This document shows, piece by piece, positions 42,401 through 54,427 of a stretch of 64,000 bases of DNA. The stretch lies in NCBI RefSeq assembly GCF_006345805.1, contig NC_042997.1:35836001-35900000 (forward strand), in the 5' to 3' direction. The stretch's first letter is position 1. Every line of letters begins with the position of its first letter. Origin of the DNA: Octopus sinensis. Taxonomy: Eukaryota. The position numbers and the translations under genes are program-made. The notes beneath the pieces are model-generated. The model searched no databases. It was not told the origin of the DNA and saw only the letters and a program-made list of their open reading frames with translations.

Positions 42401-42762
42401 GCGTGTGAGTACATATGCATGTAATTATATATGCATTAAGTAGTTTTGGATTGCTGTCATAGACGTAAAAGCTATATACCTACTAGAAATGGTGAACGGT
42501 CATACTGGAATCGGAAGAACATAATAACGGCTAAAGAATGTGAAGAAGGGGAGGGAATTAAAAATATTCTCTGTATATTTTGTTTCTGAGTTCATAATTC
42601 TCCTTCTTTTTCTAACGCTTTTATGTTTCTCCCCACTCTTTTACCTCAAAGATTTTGCTCGTACTTAATTTTTTTCTATGTTTTCAATCCTTTGCTATAT
42701 TCGCAAATGAGGGAATTAGTTGTTAATAATTTACATCTATGATATGCATATATATATATATT

Positions 42763-43144
42763 CTCTTTTACTTGTTTTCAGTCATTTGACTGCGGCTATG
42801 CTGGAGCACCGCCTTTAGTCGAGCAAATCGACCCCGGGACTTATTCTTTGTAAGCCCAGTACTTATTCTATCGGTCTCTTTTGCCGAACCGCTAATTGAC
42901 GGGGAGGTAAACGCACCACCATCGGTTGTCAAGCAATGCTAGGGGGACAAACACAGACACACAAACACACACACATATATATATATACATATATACGACA
43001 GGCTTCTTTCAGTTTCCGTCTACCAAATCCACTCACAAGGCATTGGTCGGCCCGGGGCTATAGCAGATTAATTGCCCAAGATGCCACGCAGTGGGACTGA
43101 ACCCGGAACCATGTGGTTGGTTAGCAAGCTACTTACCACACAGC

Positions 43145-43148
<4 letters not shown>
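42763..43148 (-). mobile_element. tRNA-derived SINE family C (CORE-like domain), young copy
   Basis: Reverse complement is nearly identical to 48687-49105; A-box-like TGGCTGTGTGG, B-box-like GGTTCAGTCCC, CORE-like CTTGGGCAA. Confidence 0.9.
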
Positions 43149-43214
<66 letters not shown>

Positions 43215-43217
<3 letters not shown>

Positions 43218-44340
43218 CATATTTCAACAGCATCACTAAATGAATGAGAAGTACATGACTATATATATATTAAATAAATCCCTATAGACTTGGAAAAAAG
43301 ATATATCTAGTGAATTTGAAATGTAAGAATAAATTTAATGTTGAAATTATATATAATGATAGATATCACTTTTAGGAACTATAGGTGGGTTTCTGTCAAT
43401 GTTTACATCGGTATGCACGCTCTATAACCGTGTTTACAAGGGGAATTTTTAGAAAAAAATAATTAAAAAATAGTTCAGAATAAGATAGAGGACAGATTTC
43501 CTTACCTTTGCCATAAGGTATCGAGACTGAGAGTATGAACCAATCTAAATTAAATTGTTTATTGTGGTCTTTTAGTTCCCAAATTAATTTACTACATTAT
43601 ATACTATTATGTTTATTCCTATCTCTAAATGCAGAGTAACGATTATAAATTCTTTTAGATAACTGAGAAGATATACTTCTTATATAAAACATACTTCATT
43701 ACCAGTAGTAAATTTACACTGGTATAGAGATGTTTTAATTTTAGAGTTACTTGACATAAACTTCATTCTGTTGTAAATGGCTTCAGACACAATAACCTTG
43801 TTATTGATATTTCTAGGTAGATGGGTTGTATTAGCTAAATTAATGTTAGTGTTAGTAAATGTATCAATATTTAACAGGTTAATATTATGTGAAGATATAC
43901 TTTCTTAGAGATTTATGTGTTGGGAAAACCAATCCTAACCGTGTATGAGTTGATAATAGAATAATACCTAGAATTCTTGGGAAAATTCCTAATAATAGCT
44001 TCTCGAAACTCCAAAGGAAAATTAGATTTAATTTGTTTCCCGCGTGGAATGATTAACCAAATGGTTTTACTATTAGTTACCTTATTTTTACTGTATCTAT
44101 TTTTGAAAAACATAGATTTACCTTTAGAACGAAAATAGAGTATTAAATAAGGGTTATCTCCCTTCCTCTGATTGGTTTTGGTGTATAAATTAAAGTTAAT
44201 ATAGTTTATATCCTTACACCATTTTATTCTTTTGGAATAATACCAGTGATATCTTCGAAATATCTGTCGGGAGTAAAAGAATTTGAATAACACCGGGCGT
44301 TTAAACCGTAGTTACAACGTTTTTTCTTGCGTAATTTTCT
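43215..44340 (-). pseudogene. Penelope-like retroelement (Naiad-type) C-terminal relic with GIY-YIG endonuclease
   Basis: TIWLIIPRGKQIKSNFPLEFREAIIRNFPKNSRYYSIINSYTVRIGF (like IWFNPPY...F..L+.KHFP....Y.I.N..TV++.Y), then ISSHN, LYQCK, KRIYNRYSAF, SKLIWELKD...LDWFILS.SIPY..G...CPL. Its 3' end abuts (TA)n. Confidence 0.75.
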
Positions 44341-44399
44341 GTTACACTGCTAACTATTTAAATATTTTTTCCGTGTGAATTGTTAACAAGGGAAACCTA

Positions 44400-44793
44400 C
44401 ATATATTTGCTTTCAACTAAAAGAAGTTACATATACCTAAATGCATACACACGCATGCACGAACAGAAACACTCCCACACACGTGCATACACACACATAC
44501 ACACATACACACACACATATATATACAAACGTATGCATATACATACACATATATATAGACAAACACACGCACACACACACATATATACATATATATATAT
44601 GTGTGTGTGTGCGTGTGTGTGTGTCTATATATATATATGTGTGTGTATGTATATGCATACGTTTGTATATATATATGTGTCTGTGTATGTGTGTATGTGT
44701 GTGCATGCGCGTGTGTGGGGATGTTTCTGTTCGTGCATGCGTGTGTATACATTTACGTATACGTAAATCCTTTTAGTTGAAAGCAAATATATG
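44400..44793. repeat. ~394-bp imperfect palindrome (inverted duplication without spacer)
   Basis: The left arm CATATATTTGCTTTCAACTAAAAG...GCATGCACGAACAGAAACA... is the reverse complement of the right arm ...TGTTTCTGTTCGTGCATGC...CTTTTAGTTGAAAGCAAATATATG; centre near 44596. Confidence 0.92.
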
Positions 44794-45987
44794 AATATTC
44801 AATTGGCATTTACTGATGAGGAGACACAATGCGAAGAATAAAAATCAATTATTTTCTTGAAATTTAACGATTCAGATTGCATGGAACTTTCAAGCTTTGC
44901 CTATAGACGTATGCATTCATTACAGAAAGAACAGCAGAGTACATCCTCCGAAAATATGATTTTGAGAAATAAGCTATACAGTTGCTATGAAAATAGCAAT
45001 GAAAGAATTTCTATGTTTTTCAAAGTTGTGGCCAACGTAAATGGTTAAATTCCGTTAAGCTATTTATAAATGAAGAATATTAAACGAAATAGATTTGAAA
45101 GATAATATATGATGCAATAAAAGAAGTACAAATCATATGGATTATGTGTAGAATATAAGTTAATATTTAGTAAACAATGGTAATATTCATGGTTTAATGC
45201 TGGTAGCTCTTTAAACAGACTTATTCTAAAGAATATGAATGTATCAGGTGGAATATATAGGAAATCTTTTCTCCTTTCTTCTGAATCGTTTGCGTATATG
45301 TGTCTGTGTGCATAGAATAAATTGTCTGTAAATTACTCGTATGTATTTCTGTCTATAGGAAGAAGGATCTAAAGTGAAATCATATGAATAATTCTGAAAA
45401 AGATTAATGTTTCCGTATAGTACTTTAAAATAATTAACATTGAGATACAAAAATTATGCGCATCGAAATTATAGATATTATGAAAAAACCACCTGTTTAT
45501 ATGTTCTATTGGAATATCTTACAAGAAACAACAAAAGTGAGTCACATGAAATAATTGGTGTAAATCATCATTAAAATTTAATTATGAAAGCTACAGTGTA
45601 ATTAAATTAACAAAAGTAATAATTACAGTAAATTTCATATACTTTCTCGCAGTGAATAGAAGACTTCACTGCTAACACACATGAGCAGTAAATAGAACTA
45701 AAAGAAATACCATAATGCGCTTATAGTAAGCTACAAATCGTGATATTAACATTACAGCGTATCAATTAAAATATAATGACTATATGGATGCATTTATGAA
45801 ACTGTATTATAAATTATAGATTAATTCGTCTAGTCGCTATATAAAATCGTATTAAGTAGAAACTGAAATGTTATACAGAAACATAGTTAAAGTAAAAGAG
45901 TAACTCCAATTAAGAAATAGAGTATAAAGAGTGGAGTATTATTTGTGCATCATGTGTATACATACATATACATACATACATACATAC

Positions 45988-46021
<34 letters not shown>

Positions 46022-46131
46022 CTATATATATGCATGTACAAACATGCACAATCACACACACATACACACATCTCGCATACAGATAGATAGATTGACACAT
46101 GTGTATATGTTCATATGCATGTATATGTATA

Positions 46132-46172
<41 letters not shown>

Positions 46173-46213
46173 ATAGATAGATAGATAAATAAATAAATAG
46201 ACAGATAGATATA

Positions 46214-46300
46214 GGTGCAGAGTAGGTGTGTAGTAAGAAGCTTGCTTCCCAACCCCATGGTTCCGGGTTCAGTCCTAGCCTCGGGCCAACCAAAGCCCTA
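46214..46300 (+). mobile_element. Truncated SINE family C head
   Basis: GGTGCAGAGTAGGTGTGTAGTAAGAAGCTTGCTTCCCAACC..GGTTCCGGGTTCAGTCC..GCCTCGGGCCAACCAAAGCC. Confidence 0.7.
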
Positions 46301-46513
46301 CTCGATTCGTTTCCTCATCTTTTTCACAGCAGCCACGAACCGGATGTGTTTATGCACCTCCAGTAATACACAGCAGTCATCATATTTCTTTCCATATCGG
46401 CTACTAATGATGAGGGCAGAGTTATATAATCGGGCTGTTACCTAACACTCCGTTGAACCCCTAGTGCGATACCGATCGGTAAGGTCACCTGTATATATAT
46501 ATATATATATATA

Positions 46514-47352
46514 CGAGGGCTGATCCATAAGTATCAGGCCTATTGCCATAGTAACGTCGCTAAGGCACGCAGAGCAAAGCGGCTTGGCAAAGAATGACCT
46601 GGAACTCTGGTGTACAAGTACACTACATTTTAATGTTGTAGCTCCCTTCTGTTGTTTAAGGCGGTGTTTGGAAGAAAGATGTGTAGCGTGTGATTGTCGC
46701 ATTGACCATGACAGAGAAGATTGCGATGGGGATACCTGCTCAGCGGCCTACGGTAAGTTGCATAAAGTGTATTCAGAGAAGTGTATGAGCTGCACACAAG
46801 AGTATGAGCGCTTCAAACGTTTTCAACATGGCGGAAGTAATGTCGATATTGCTGAACACTTTGGGAGATCTGCAACCAACGTAAATGTGAAAAAAGAAAC
46901 ATCTAAGTTGTGCGTGTAACAGTGAGGGGAAATTGCCGAATTACAATCCGTGAGATATCAGAGGATGTGCAGATTAGTTACTGTTCAGTTCAAACTATTA
47001 TCAGAGAAGGTTTGGGTAGGAGACGCGTTTCTGCCAAGTTTATGCAAAATTGCTTTCAGCTGACCAAAATAGTACTCGGGTTTCACTTACAGAAGATCTT
47101 TCTTGTGTCGAGAACGTTGGAAATTTTTTGAAATCATGGCATAGACTTCTGTGAGTGCATCGCAAATCTTTTCTTAAAATTTGCTGCAACTTCTCTGCTC
47201 AGCTTCCTCTGTCATGGTCAATGAGACGATCACTTGTTACACACTTTCCTTCCAAGCCCTGATGTAAACGGCGGAAGTGAGCTAGAACATTAAGACTTAC
47301 TGCGCATACGCAGACAAGTTCAAGGTTAGTCTGCGCCAAAGGGGTTTACTCT
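46514..47352 (+). mobile_element. Non-autonomous mariner derivative: 5' half of transposase plus an inverted copy of the 5' end
   Basis: TA|CGAGGGCTG terminus; HTH (AYGKLHKVYSEKCMS..ERFKRFQHG), then RITIREISEDVQISYCSVQTIIREGLGRRRVSAKF. About 47200-47350 is the reverse complement of about 46570-46720. Confidence 0.8.
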
Positions 47353-47369
47353 ACATACATATATACATG

Positions 47370-47402
<33 letters not shown>

Positions 47403-47404
47403 CC

Positions 47405-48000
47405 TAAGCCACTGACTATTGCTCTCAGCTATGTTCACCATCCAGTGTCAAGTTAATCACAGAACCTGAGGTGATTCAACGAAGCTACACGAATAAGATA
47501 GCCTCTGTGCAGCATATAAGCTACTGGGAAAGACTCAAGAGATTAAGACTCTATTCCTTAGAGCGTAGGCGAGAAAGATATGCCTTAATATACATCTGGA
47601 AGATCCTAGAAGGACTTGTCCTAAACTTTGGCATCGAGAGTTACACAAATACTAGAACTGGGCGCCACTGCATAGTGCCAAGGACTCCAAATTTGCCATC
47701 AAGATGTAGGACAAGATACTGTGATAGCTTGGGCTTCAGAATCCCACAGCTCTTCAATGCATAGGGTAGATGCAGATGTCTTTAAAATAAAACTGGTCTC
47801 TTCTTGTCAGGTGTTCCAGATGAACCAACTTCACAGCAGGAGGTGCAGATGAGGGCAGCTGCATGGAACTTTCTCATGCACCAAATGGCAATTGCTAAAA
47901 AGCATTCGTGAAGTAAAATCATGTAGCAACACCAAATGGCGGTGCCCCAGCATGGCCACAGCTCGTGAGCTGAAACTATATAAAATAAAAAAATAAAAAA
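47405..48000 (+). mobile_element. 5'-truncated CR1/L2-group LINE: ORF2 C-terminus, 3' UTR and A-rich tail
   Basis: DYCSQLCSP...VIQRSYTNKIASVQHISYWERLKRLRLYSLERRRERYALIYIWKILEGLV...GFRIPQLFN; ends GGCGGTGCCCCAGCATGGCCACAGCTCGTGAGCTGAAAC plus an A-rich tail. Confidence 0.85.
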
Positions 48001-48686
48001 TATACACACACACATATATACATATATATATGTGTGTGTGAAAGTACGTGTGTATGTGCGCCCGCGTGTATGCATTCCTGAGCGTCTGTATATCATTTGA
48101 ATATAAGGGAGATATATTTACAAACTCTCTTTACTCTTTTACTCTCTTACTCTATGTAAAATTTTATTAATCTATGCGCAACAACATAAATTATCAGTGA
48201 AATTTCATCGCACATATATTCATATGTGTAATTTTTGTAAATATGTATTCAGGTATTGATATATTCTTTGCCGGGAAGATAAAATTATTCTACGTCTATG
48301 AAATAGTTTTAATTTTGGAGAATGAAATTGTGTATAAATATGTAATTCAAAGTTGAAACTTCTTTCTCTATTTGGTATGCTATTGTTTGTTGCATTTAAT
48401 TTTTAAATATATTCAGGCTCAAAGGTAATGATTTCTATTTAGGTTATTAAAAGAAAGTATGACTATCCCCAGACACAACAGAAAAGAAAGTATGTTTTGG
48501 TTAAATCTATTTATAAAATGCTATACAATTAAATTTAGGTGAAAGAAAATACTGACTAGTTGAAACATAGAAGAATTCATATTGCAGTAAAGCGGAATTA
48601 GAGGAAGCGGGAGGCATGTGATATGGTCAGGGTAAAAATACATTTAAAAGATATTTCATTTTAACAGATACTAGGCGCAGATAATA

Positions 48687-49105
48687 GGCGCAGGAGTGGC
48701 TGTTTGGTAAGTAGCTTGCTAACCAACCACATGGTTCCGGGTTCAGTCCCACTGCGTGGCATCTTGGGCAAGTGTCTTCTGCTATAGCCCCGGGCCGACC
48801 AATGCCTTGTGAGTGGATTTGGTAGACGGAAACTGAAAGAAGCCTGTCGTATATATGTATATATATATATATAAGTGTGTGTGAATATGTTTGTGTGTCT
48901 GTGTTTGTTCCCCTAGCATTGCTTGACAACCGATGCTGGTGTGTTTACGTCCCCGTCACTTAGCGGGTCGGCAAAAGAGACCGATAGAATAAGTACTGGG
49001 CTTACAAAGAATAAGTTTCGGGGTCGATTTGCTCGACTAAAGGCGGTGCTCCAGCATGGCCGCAGTCAAATGACTGAAACAAGTAAAAAGACTAAAAAAA
49101 AAGAG
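48687..49105 (+). mobile_element. tRNA-derived SINE family C (CORE-like domain), full length
   Basis: GGCGCAGGAGTGGCTGTTTGGTAAG...GGTTCAGTCCC...CTTGGGCAAGT; internal TA/TG microsatellite; tail GGCGGTGCTCCAGCATGGCCGCAGTCAAATGACTGAAACAAGTAAAAAG. Confidence 0.92.
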
Positions 49106-49109
49106 TATA

Positions 49110-49977
49110 CATTATGTAATAGGAAAATTACATAAAAATATCTTGAAATACTAAAGAGTAAATATATTCAATAAAATCGCCGTTGGCGTCAACCTCTGCC
49201 TCCAGACGACTTCGGAATTTCCTGCAAATCCTCTGCACGGTCTCCTTGTTTAAGTTTGTTAATGCCGCCATAATCATCGCCTTCAGTACATCCTTAGTGT
49301 TACAAGGAGTTTTTGGGTCCCTCACTGAACTGTGCTCCATGCATAATAATCAAGGGTGTTGCAGACTGGGGAGTTAGGTGGCCATATGTTAGGGGTGATG
49401 TGGTCGCAGAAATTGTCTGACAGCCATGACTACATTCTGCTTGTGAGGCATCCTGCAGAATTCTGTTGCCAGACACAGGGTCTTCTAGTAAGTACCCTCT
49501 TGAACCAGGGCAGCATTTCTCCTCCAAACATTTTATGTAGGCCTCCGCGTTGAACTTGATGCAGTGTGGGAATAACATCACCATCAGTACTGGAGGCATA
49601 ACATCACCATCACTAGTGATAACACTAAACACCATGATGTGGACAGAGGCACAACGTCGCTATCACTGGTGATCATTCTAAGGACCATGACATTGACTGA
49701 AGTTTTGAGTTTTATCACTCACGATATATGTCCTCAGATTGTTACGTCCGCAGATTGACACCCAGACACTCTGATATGTTCGTATTGGGTCTTCCGGCGT
49801 CAATGCAAAGCAGTACAGCAGGTCGATTCCAAGTTTCTGGCACAGTGGAGTTCGTCAGACGGTGGAGTGCGTCAAATGTCTCCACTATACTGTGTAGTCA
49901 GCAAAATCGAAAAGAAACGATGGGCTTGCGGATAATTTAAAATTATACAATGGCGACTATTTACCCATCGCACCGTG
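49110..49977 (-). mobile_element. Tc1/mariner maT (DD37D-like) element relic
   Basis: MVFSVITSDGDVMPP..FPHCIKFNAEAYIKCLEE; KTPCNTKDVLKAMIMAALTNLNKETVQRICRKFRSRLEAEVDANGDFIE; TIR-like CACGGTGCGATGGGTAAATAGTCGCCA near 49950-49977. Confidence 0.85.
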
Positions 49978-50694
49978 TGTATATGTGCTCGCGCTTGTAT
50001 GTGTGTGCTTCTGTATATGTATTTAATAGTTGTGTATAATTCATGCTTGTTGTTGATTTTCTATCTGTTTCTTTGATCTGTAATAGATTTTTCAGAATAA
50101 TCTTCCGTAACGTATAATGATATGTTTCAAGGCGCAGCATCTCTGCAACAGTTTCTCCTCTCTAAACGACTCTAAAGAGAAATTGATCATCAGAACATAT
50201 TTTAATGTTAGTTTCCCATATTTGCTCTCTTTCATTTGTCACTTGATTTTCTTTCAGTCTTAACTTATTCGCTAATTCATTGGATATTGTTCAAATAAGT
50301 ACCAACATGATCTTCAAAGTATCGGGTGAAATAAACCAAAAGCCATTAATATCTTAGATCAGAATAATTTGTTATAGAACAACAACAAAAGGAAGAAGGC
50401 TTTCTGGCAAATTTAATATTGGCAATTCAATATCCGATTTAGATGCTGTTGTATTATATACTGTTGCAGTTTCCCTATATTATTTATATCACAGGTTCAT
50501 ATGTATTTAAGTAGCCTATGCCGTCACATGTCTCTTGCATATAATATAAATTAAGAGCTTCTCGATACAGACCCCTAGCAAAATTTATAGTAAGCACATG
50601 CACAAAAGTTTACTCATATGACACAGGCATATATGCTTACATTTATTTTATTACTAAACTGATTGCTGTATAGACTTCAAAATTTTGCTGATGT

Positions 50695-51150
<456 letters not shown>

Positions 51151-51281
51151 CTCTTCATTAACCACCAGCTTCATATTTCCACTCTCTTCATTCACCGCAG
51201 CCTTCATATTTCCTCAAATTAAAATCATCTTAGTTCTTTAGATTTTCCTTATTCTTGTTTATGTTCTTCTTCTTCTGCTCA

Positions 51282-51790
51282 TGATCTGAGAGGAACATAT
51301 CGTCAACCAGTAAGGAACATGCTCAACTGCTTAATGTCAAAGGACCCGCCTGATAGATTACATCACTTTTCATTACAACCATATGCACAGTACATTGTGA
51401 TCTTATATCAAGATGAAAAGCCCATGATCTTATAGGTGGAGCCTAGTTATAATTTTCCTCAGGCCAAGCAGCATTATCCCCTCAAAAGTTTTAAGTGAAG
51501 TACGTTAAACGAAATACTCATGTTTGAGAGGTAAATTCAAGCCTCCCAAAATTTCTCTCAACTCATGGCTTTGAGAGTCTTCCACTACTCCTCTCCGTGT
51601 TCAGAGATACACATATCGTCAATCAATAAGGGATATATGCCCAACTGTTTAAAGCCAAGCAACTAACGAGCAAATCTGTGGTACTGAACAGAATATTTGT
51701 TGTTGTCCACTCTTTACACCAATGGGAAAAATGTACATGATAAAACACGCTATCAATTAAGATCTGAAAATAAGAGCTCCGCGTTTGCTA
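51282..51790 (-). mobile_element. Older, diverged copy of family T repeat
   Basis: Reverse complement matches 60120-60540 (for example GCAAATCTGTGGTACTGAACAGAATATTTG and GTGATCTTATATCAAGAT); adjacent (TTA)n at 51822-51875. Confidence 0.75.
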
Positions 51791-51819
51791 GTCTATCTGA
51801 ACATTTATCATCATCATCA

Positions 51820-51867
<48 letters not shown>

Positions 51868-51876
51868 TATTATTAA

Positions 51877-52082
51877 TGTGGCGGGGTGGCACAAACGTTA
51901 GTACTCGAAACTCTTAGCGGCATTTCGCCCGTCGCCACATTCTGAGTTCTAATTCTGCCGAGGTCGATTTTGCCTTTCATCATTTCGGGTTCTTTAAATT
52001 AAGTACCAGTGTAATACTGTGGCTGATGTGATCGAATTTCCCTCTTGCCACAAAATCCAGGCCTTCTGCTATAGTAGAAACT
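51877..52082 (+). mobile_element. SINE family B
   Basis: GGGTGGCACAAACGTTAG...TTCTGAGTTCTAATTCTGCCGAGGTCGATTTTGCCTTTCATC...AAGTACCAG...GGCCTTCTGCTATAGTAGAAA. Confidence 0.8.
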
Positions 52083-52191
52083 ACTACTACTGGCTTAAAT
52101 TTTATGAGTTTGCAATCTAATCATTTTTTGTTGTGTATGTTGCGCAATATATTATAAATTATCTATTGAATTACATTTTATATTTTCATAG

Positions 52192-52218
52192 TCCACTATC
52201 AATTATCCCTGAAAGCAG
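52192..52218 (+). CDS. Candidate 27-nt microexon of an unidentified host gene
   Basis: ttttatattttcatAG|TCCACTATCAATTATCCCTGAAAGCAG|GTAAGT: T-rich acceptor, consensus donor, length divisible by 3, two open frames (PLSIIPES or HYQLSLKA). Confidence 0.35.
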
Positions 52219-52519
52219 GTAAGTTTGAAATAAGATAGTATAAATACATAGAATTGGTGCTAAAGTTTGACTCCATTTCATTGGTTGTCAATAGAATGAA
52301 ACGCAAGACCTTTGATTTCCAAAATATGTCTAATAAGTCACAATTCTGTTTTTTTATAGCCACAATGCTGCCAAGATCGAATGTGTTTTCATATGACACG
52401 ATCATATTTTGATAGTCAGATACTGACGTATATTTCATCAACCACTGATTATTCTCTATTCTTGAATATCTTGTCCTTTGCTTAACTCAGAAGCCTATAT
52501 GTAATAAAGGATTACAATA

Positions 52520-52960
52520 TACAAATAAAACTTGAAACCCTGTTATGGAGCTTTCAAAGACATCTGACCAGAACGTATAGCAGTTATATGTGTACAAATC
52601 TCTACAGTCTGCAAGAATTATATTGCGGTGAAATAAGTGCAACATAAGACTATTTCAAATTCTGTATGATCATGAAAAGAAGCAAAATATTATACTCCAA
52701 TTACTCAGGGTTAATTAAATTCAAATCTGTAATCCTTGCCGACGAAATTACAATAGGATGATCATGCCAATGGTGGAGACTCGTTCGGGAATAGCATACG
52801 AAAACGAAGATATTGGAAATTGTGGCCATTCATTACAAACACCTAAACTAATTATGATCTACACTAGAAATGTGGATGAGGATCAATGGATCTATTTGTA
52901 GCATCAACTAGATAAAATCATCCGAAGTAAAAATTTGAAAGTGTTCGTATAGGCCACATA
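52520..52960 (+). pseudogene. Possible piggyBac-like transposase C-terminal relic
   Basis: TPKLIMIYTRNV..MDLF/HQLDKIIRSK loosely resembles QP.+I..YN..MGGVDL.DQ.L..Y.+..K; very decayed. Confidence 0.3.
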
Positions 52961-54362
52961 AAGAAGACGAGAAACAAATTACTGTACTCAGCTTGTACCT
53001 AATTCTACCCTATGCATAGAGTTATGATCGGGAGGTTAGATATATTTGTTTAGAAATTATCTAAAATTTATCATTGCTAGATTAAAAAAATATATAATTC
53101 TGTGAAATTTTCAATGATGGACCCAGCGTAATCAAATTAATATTAGGCGTACTACTGCTCATTAACAGGCGTTTTCTTGCTACTTGATGCTAAAGAAATC
53201 AGAAAGAATTTACTGTTTTGATTATTTTGTAATCTTGTTTAAGAGATAGTGATCCACGCTCACACGCCATTCATTTATCAAAGTAATAATTTTGCATCAG
53301 AATATGTTTCATGTATTTGGCTATACTATTCTTAGGATAGGATACGTTAGTAAATAGGGACACATCATATATTGCTTCACAGTAAATTGAAACACTCGTG
53401 AAATTTTCTAAACAGTTGGTTATAATACATTCAAATTTAAAACAAATTGACAATAAATAAAGTTTAAACAAAAGTTGTTGCTAAATAGGAATGAACTATC
53501 TGGTTCTGAAATACAAGCCTAAAGCCTGAGATATTATATATAAGATGCACAAATACACACACGTATGTATTCATGCATGTAATAAAGTTCAATTTTTCCT
53601 GACTCTCAACTATCAGTTAAATATAATTACGCGTGATGTTAACTCCTAACTACTATTCAGGTGAAAGCTCAACTAAAACGATAGATCGTATAATTTCACG
53701 TTGACAGTGACAAGAAACACAATAAACTTGTCACAAACATACACTGGTGTTTGCGTAAATTCTATGGGCTAGTAGATTTGGCCGTGTAATTTAACTATAA
53801 CGCTGTCAATGTCATAGGCAATAAGCTATTTAAGCTTTTATGAGTCTTAGCAATCCAAGAGGATTTTATAAAGAGTTATAATGACGTAGGCACGTTGCAA
53901 ACAATAACATATCGTTGAAAGGATAATAAATATAGGTTAAAGAATAATAGCCTAGCAGTAGAAATTTAAAATATTAGTAAAATGGTGATCTCATTGAATG
54001 CTAATAACTTTAAAGCTGTCAACTTATATTGGCAGTCACATGAATAGAAGCCGGTATCAAACTTTTATCGATAGACCACTACTGTAACATTCCACGACAT
54101 TGAGAAGAAATAAAACTACTAAAACACGCATTCGCTTCCACAATAATGTGTGGTGTAAATTGTCCAGCACTCGCACACGTGCAGATAAGCGTATATGCAC
54201 ACACAAATACACGTACGCATGGGAGAGGGAGAAAGTGACAGAGAAAGAGAAAGAGAAAGAAGAGAGAGAGATTACTGCCAGGGATCATTACGGAGCATGC
54301 ATAGTTTGGTAGTATATATATATATATAAAATAAAAATAAAAATAAATAAAAAAAATAAATA

Positions 54363-54425
54363 AATGGCGGTGCCCCGGCATGACTACAGCTCGTGAGCTG
54401 AAACTAGAATAAAAAAAAAATCAAA
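54363..54425 (+). mobile_element. Isolated 3' tail of the CR1/L2-group LINE
   Basis: AAATGGCGGTGCCCCGGCATGACTACAGCTCGTGAGCTGAAACTA plus an A-rich tail, nearly identical to 47934-47985. Confidence 0.8.
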
Positions 54426-54427
54426 AA

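Noticed and set aside
44813-44836. CTGATGA...GCGAAG hammerhead-like match
   Set aside because: No stem II pairing and no GAAA. The CTAACGA..GCGAAA match at about 57275-57320 (minus) likewise lacks consistent stems.
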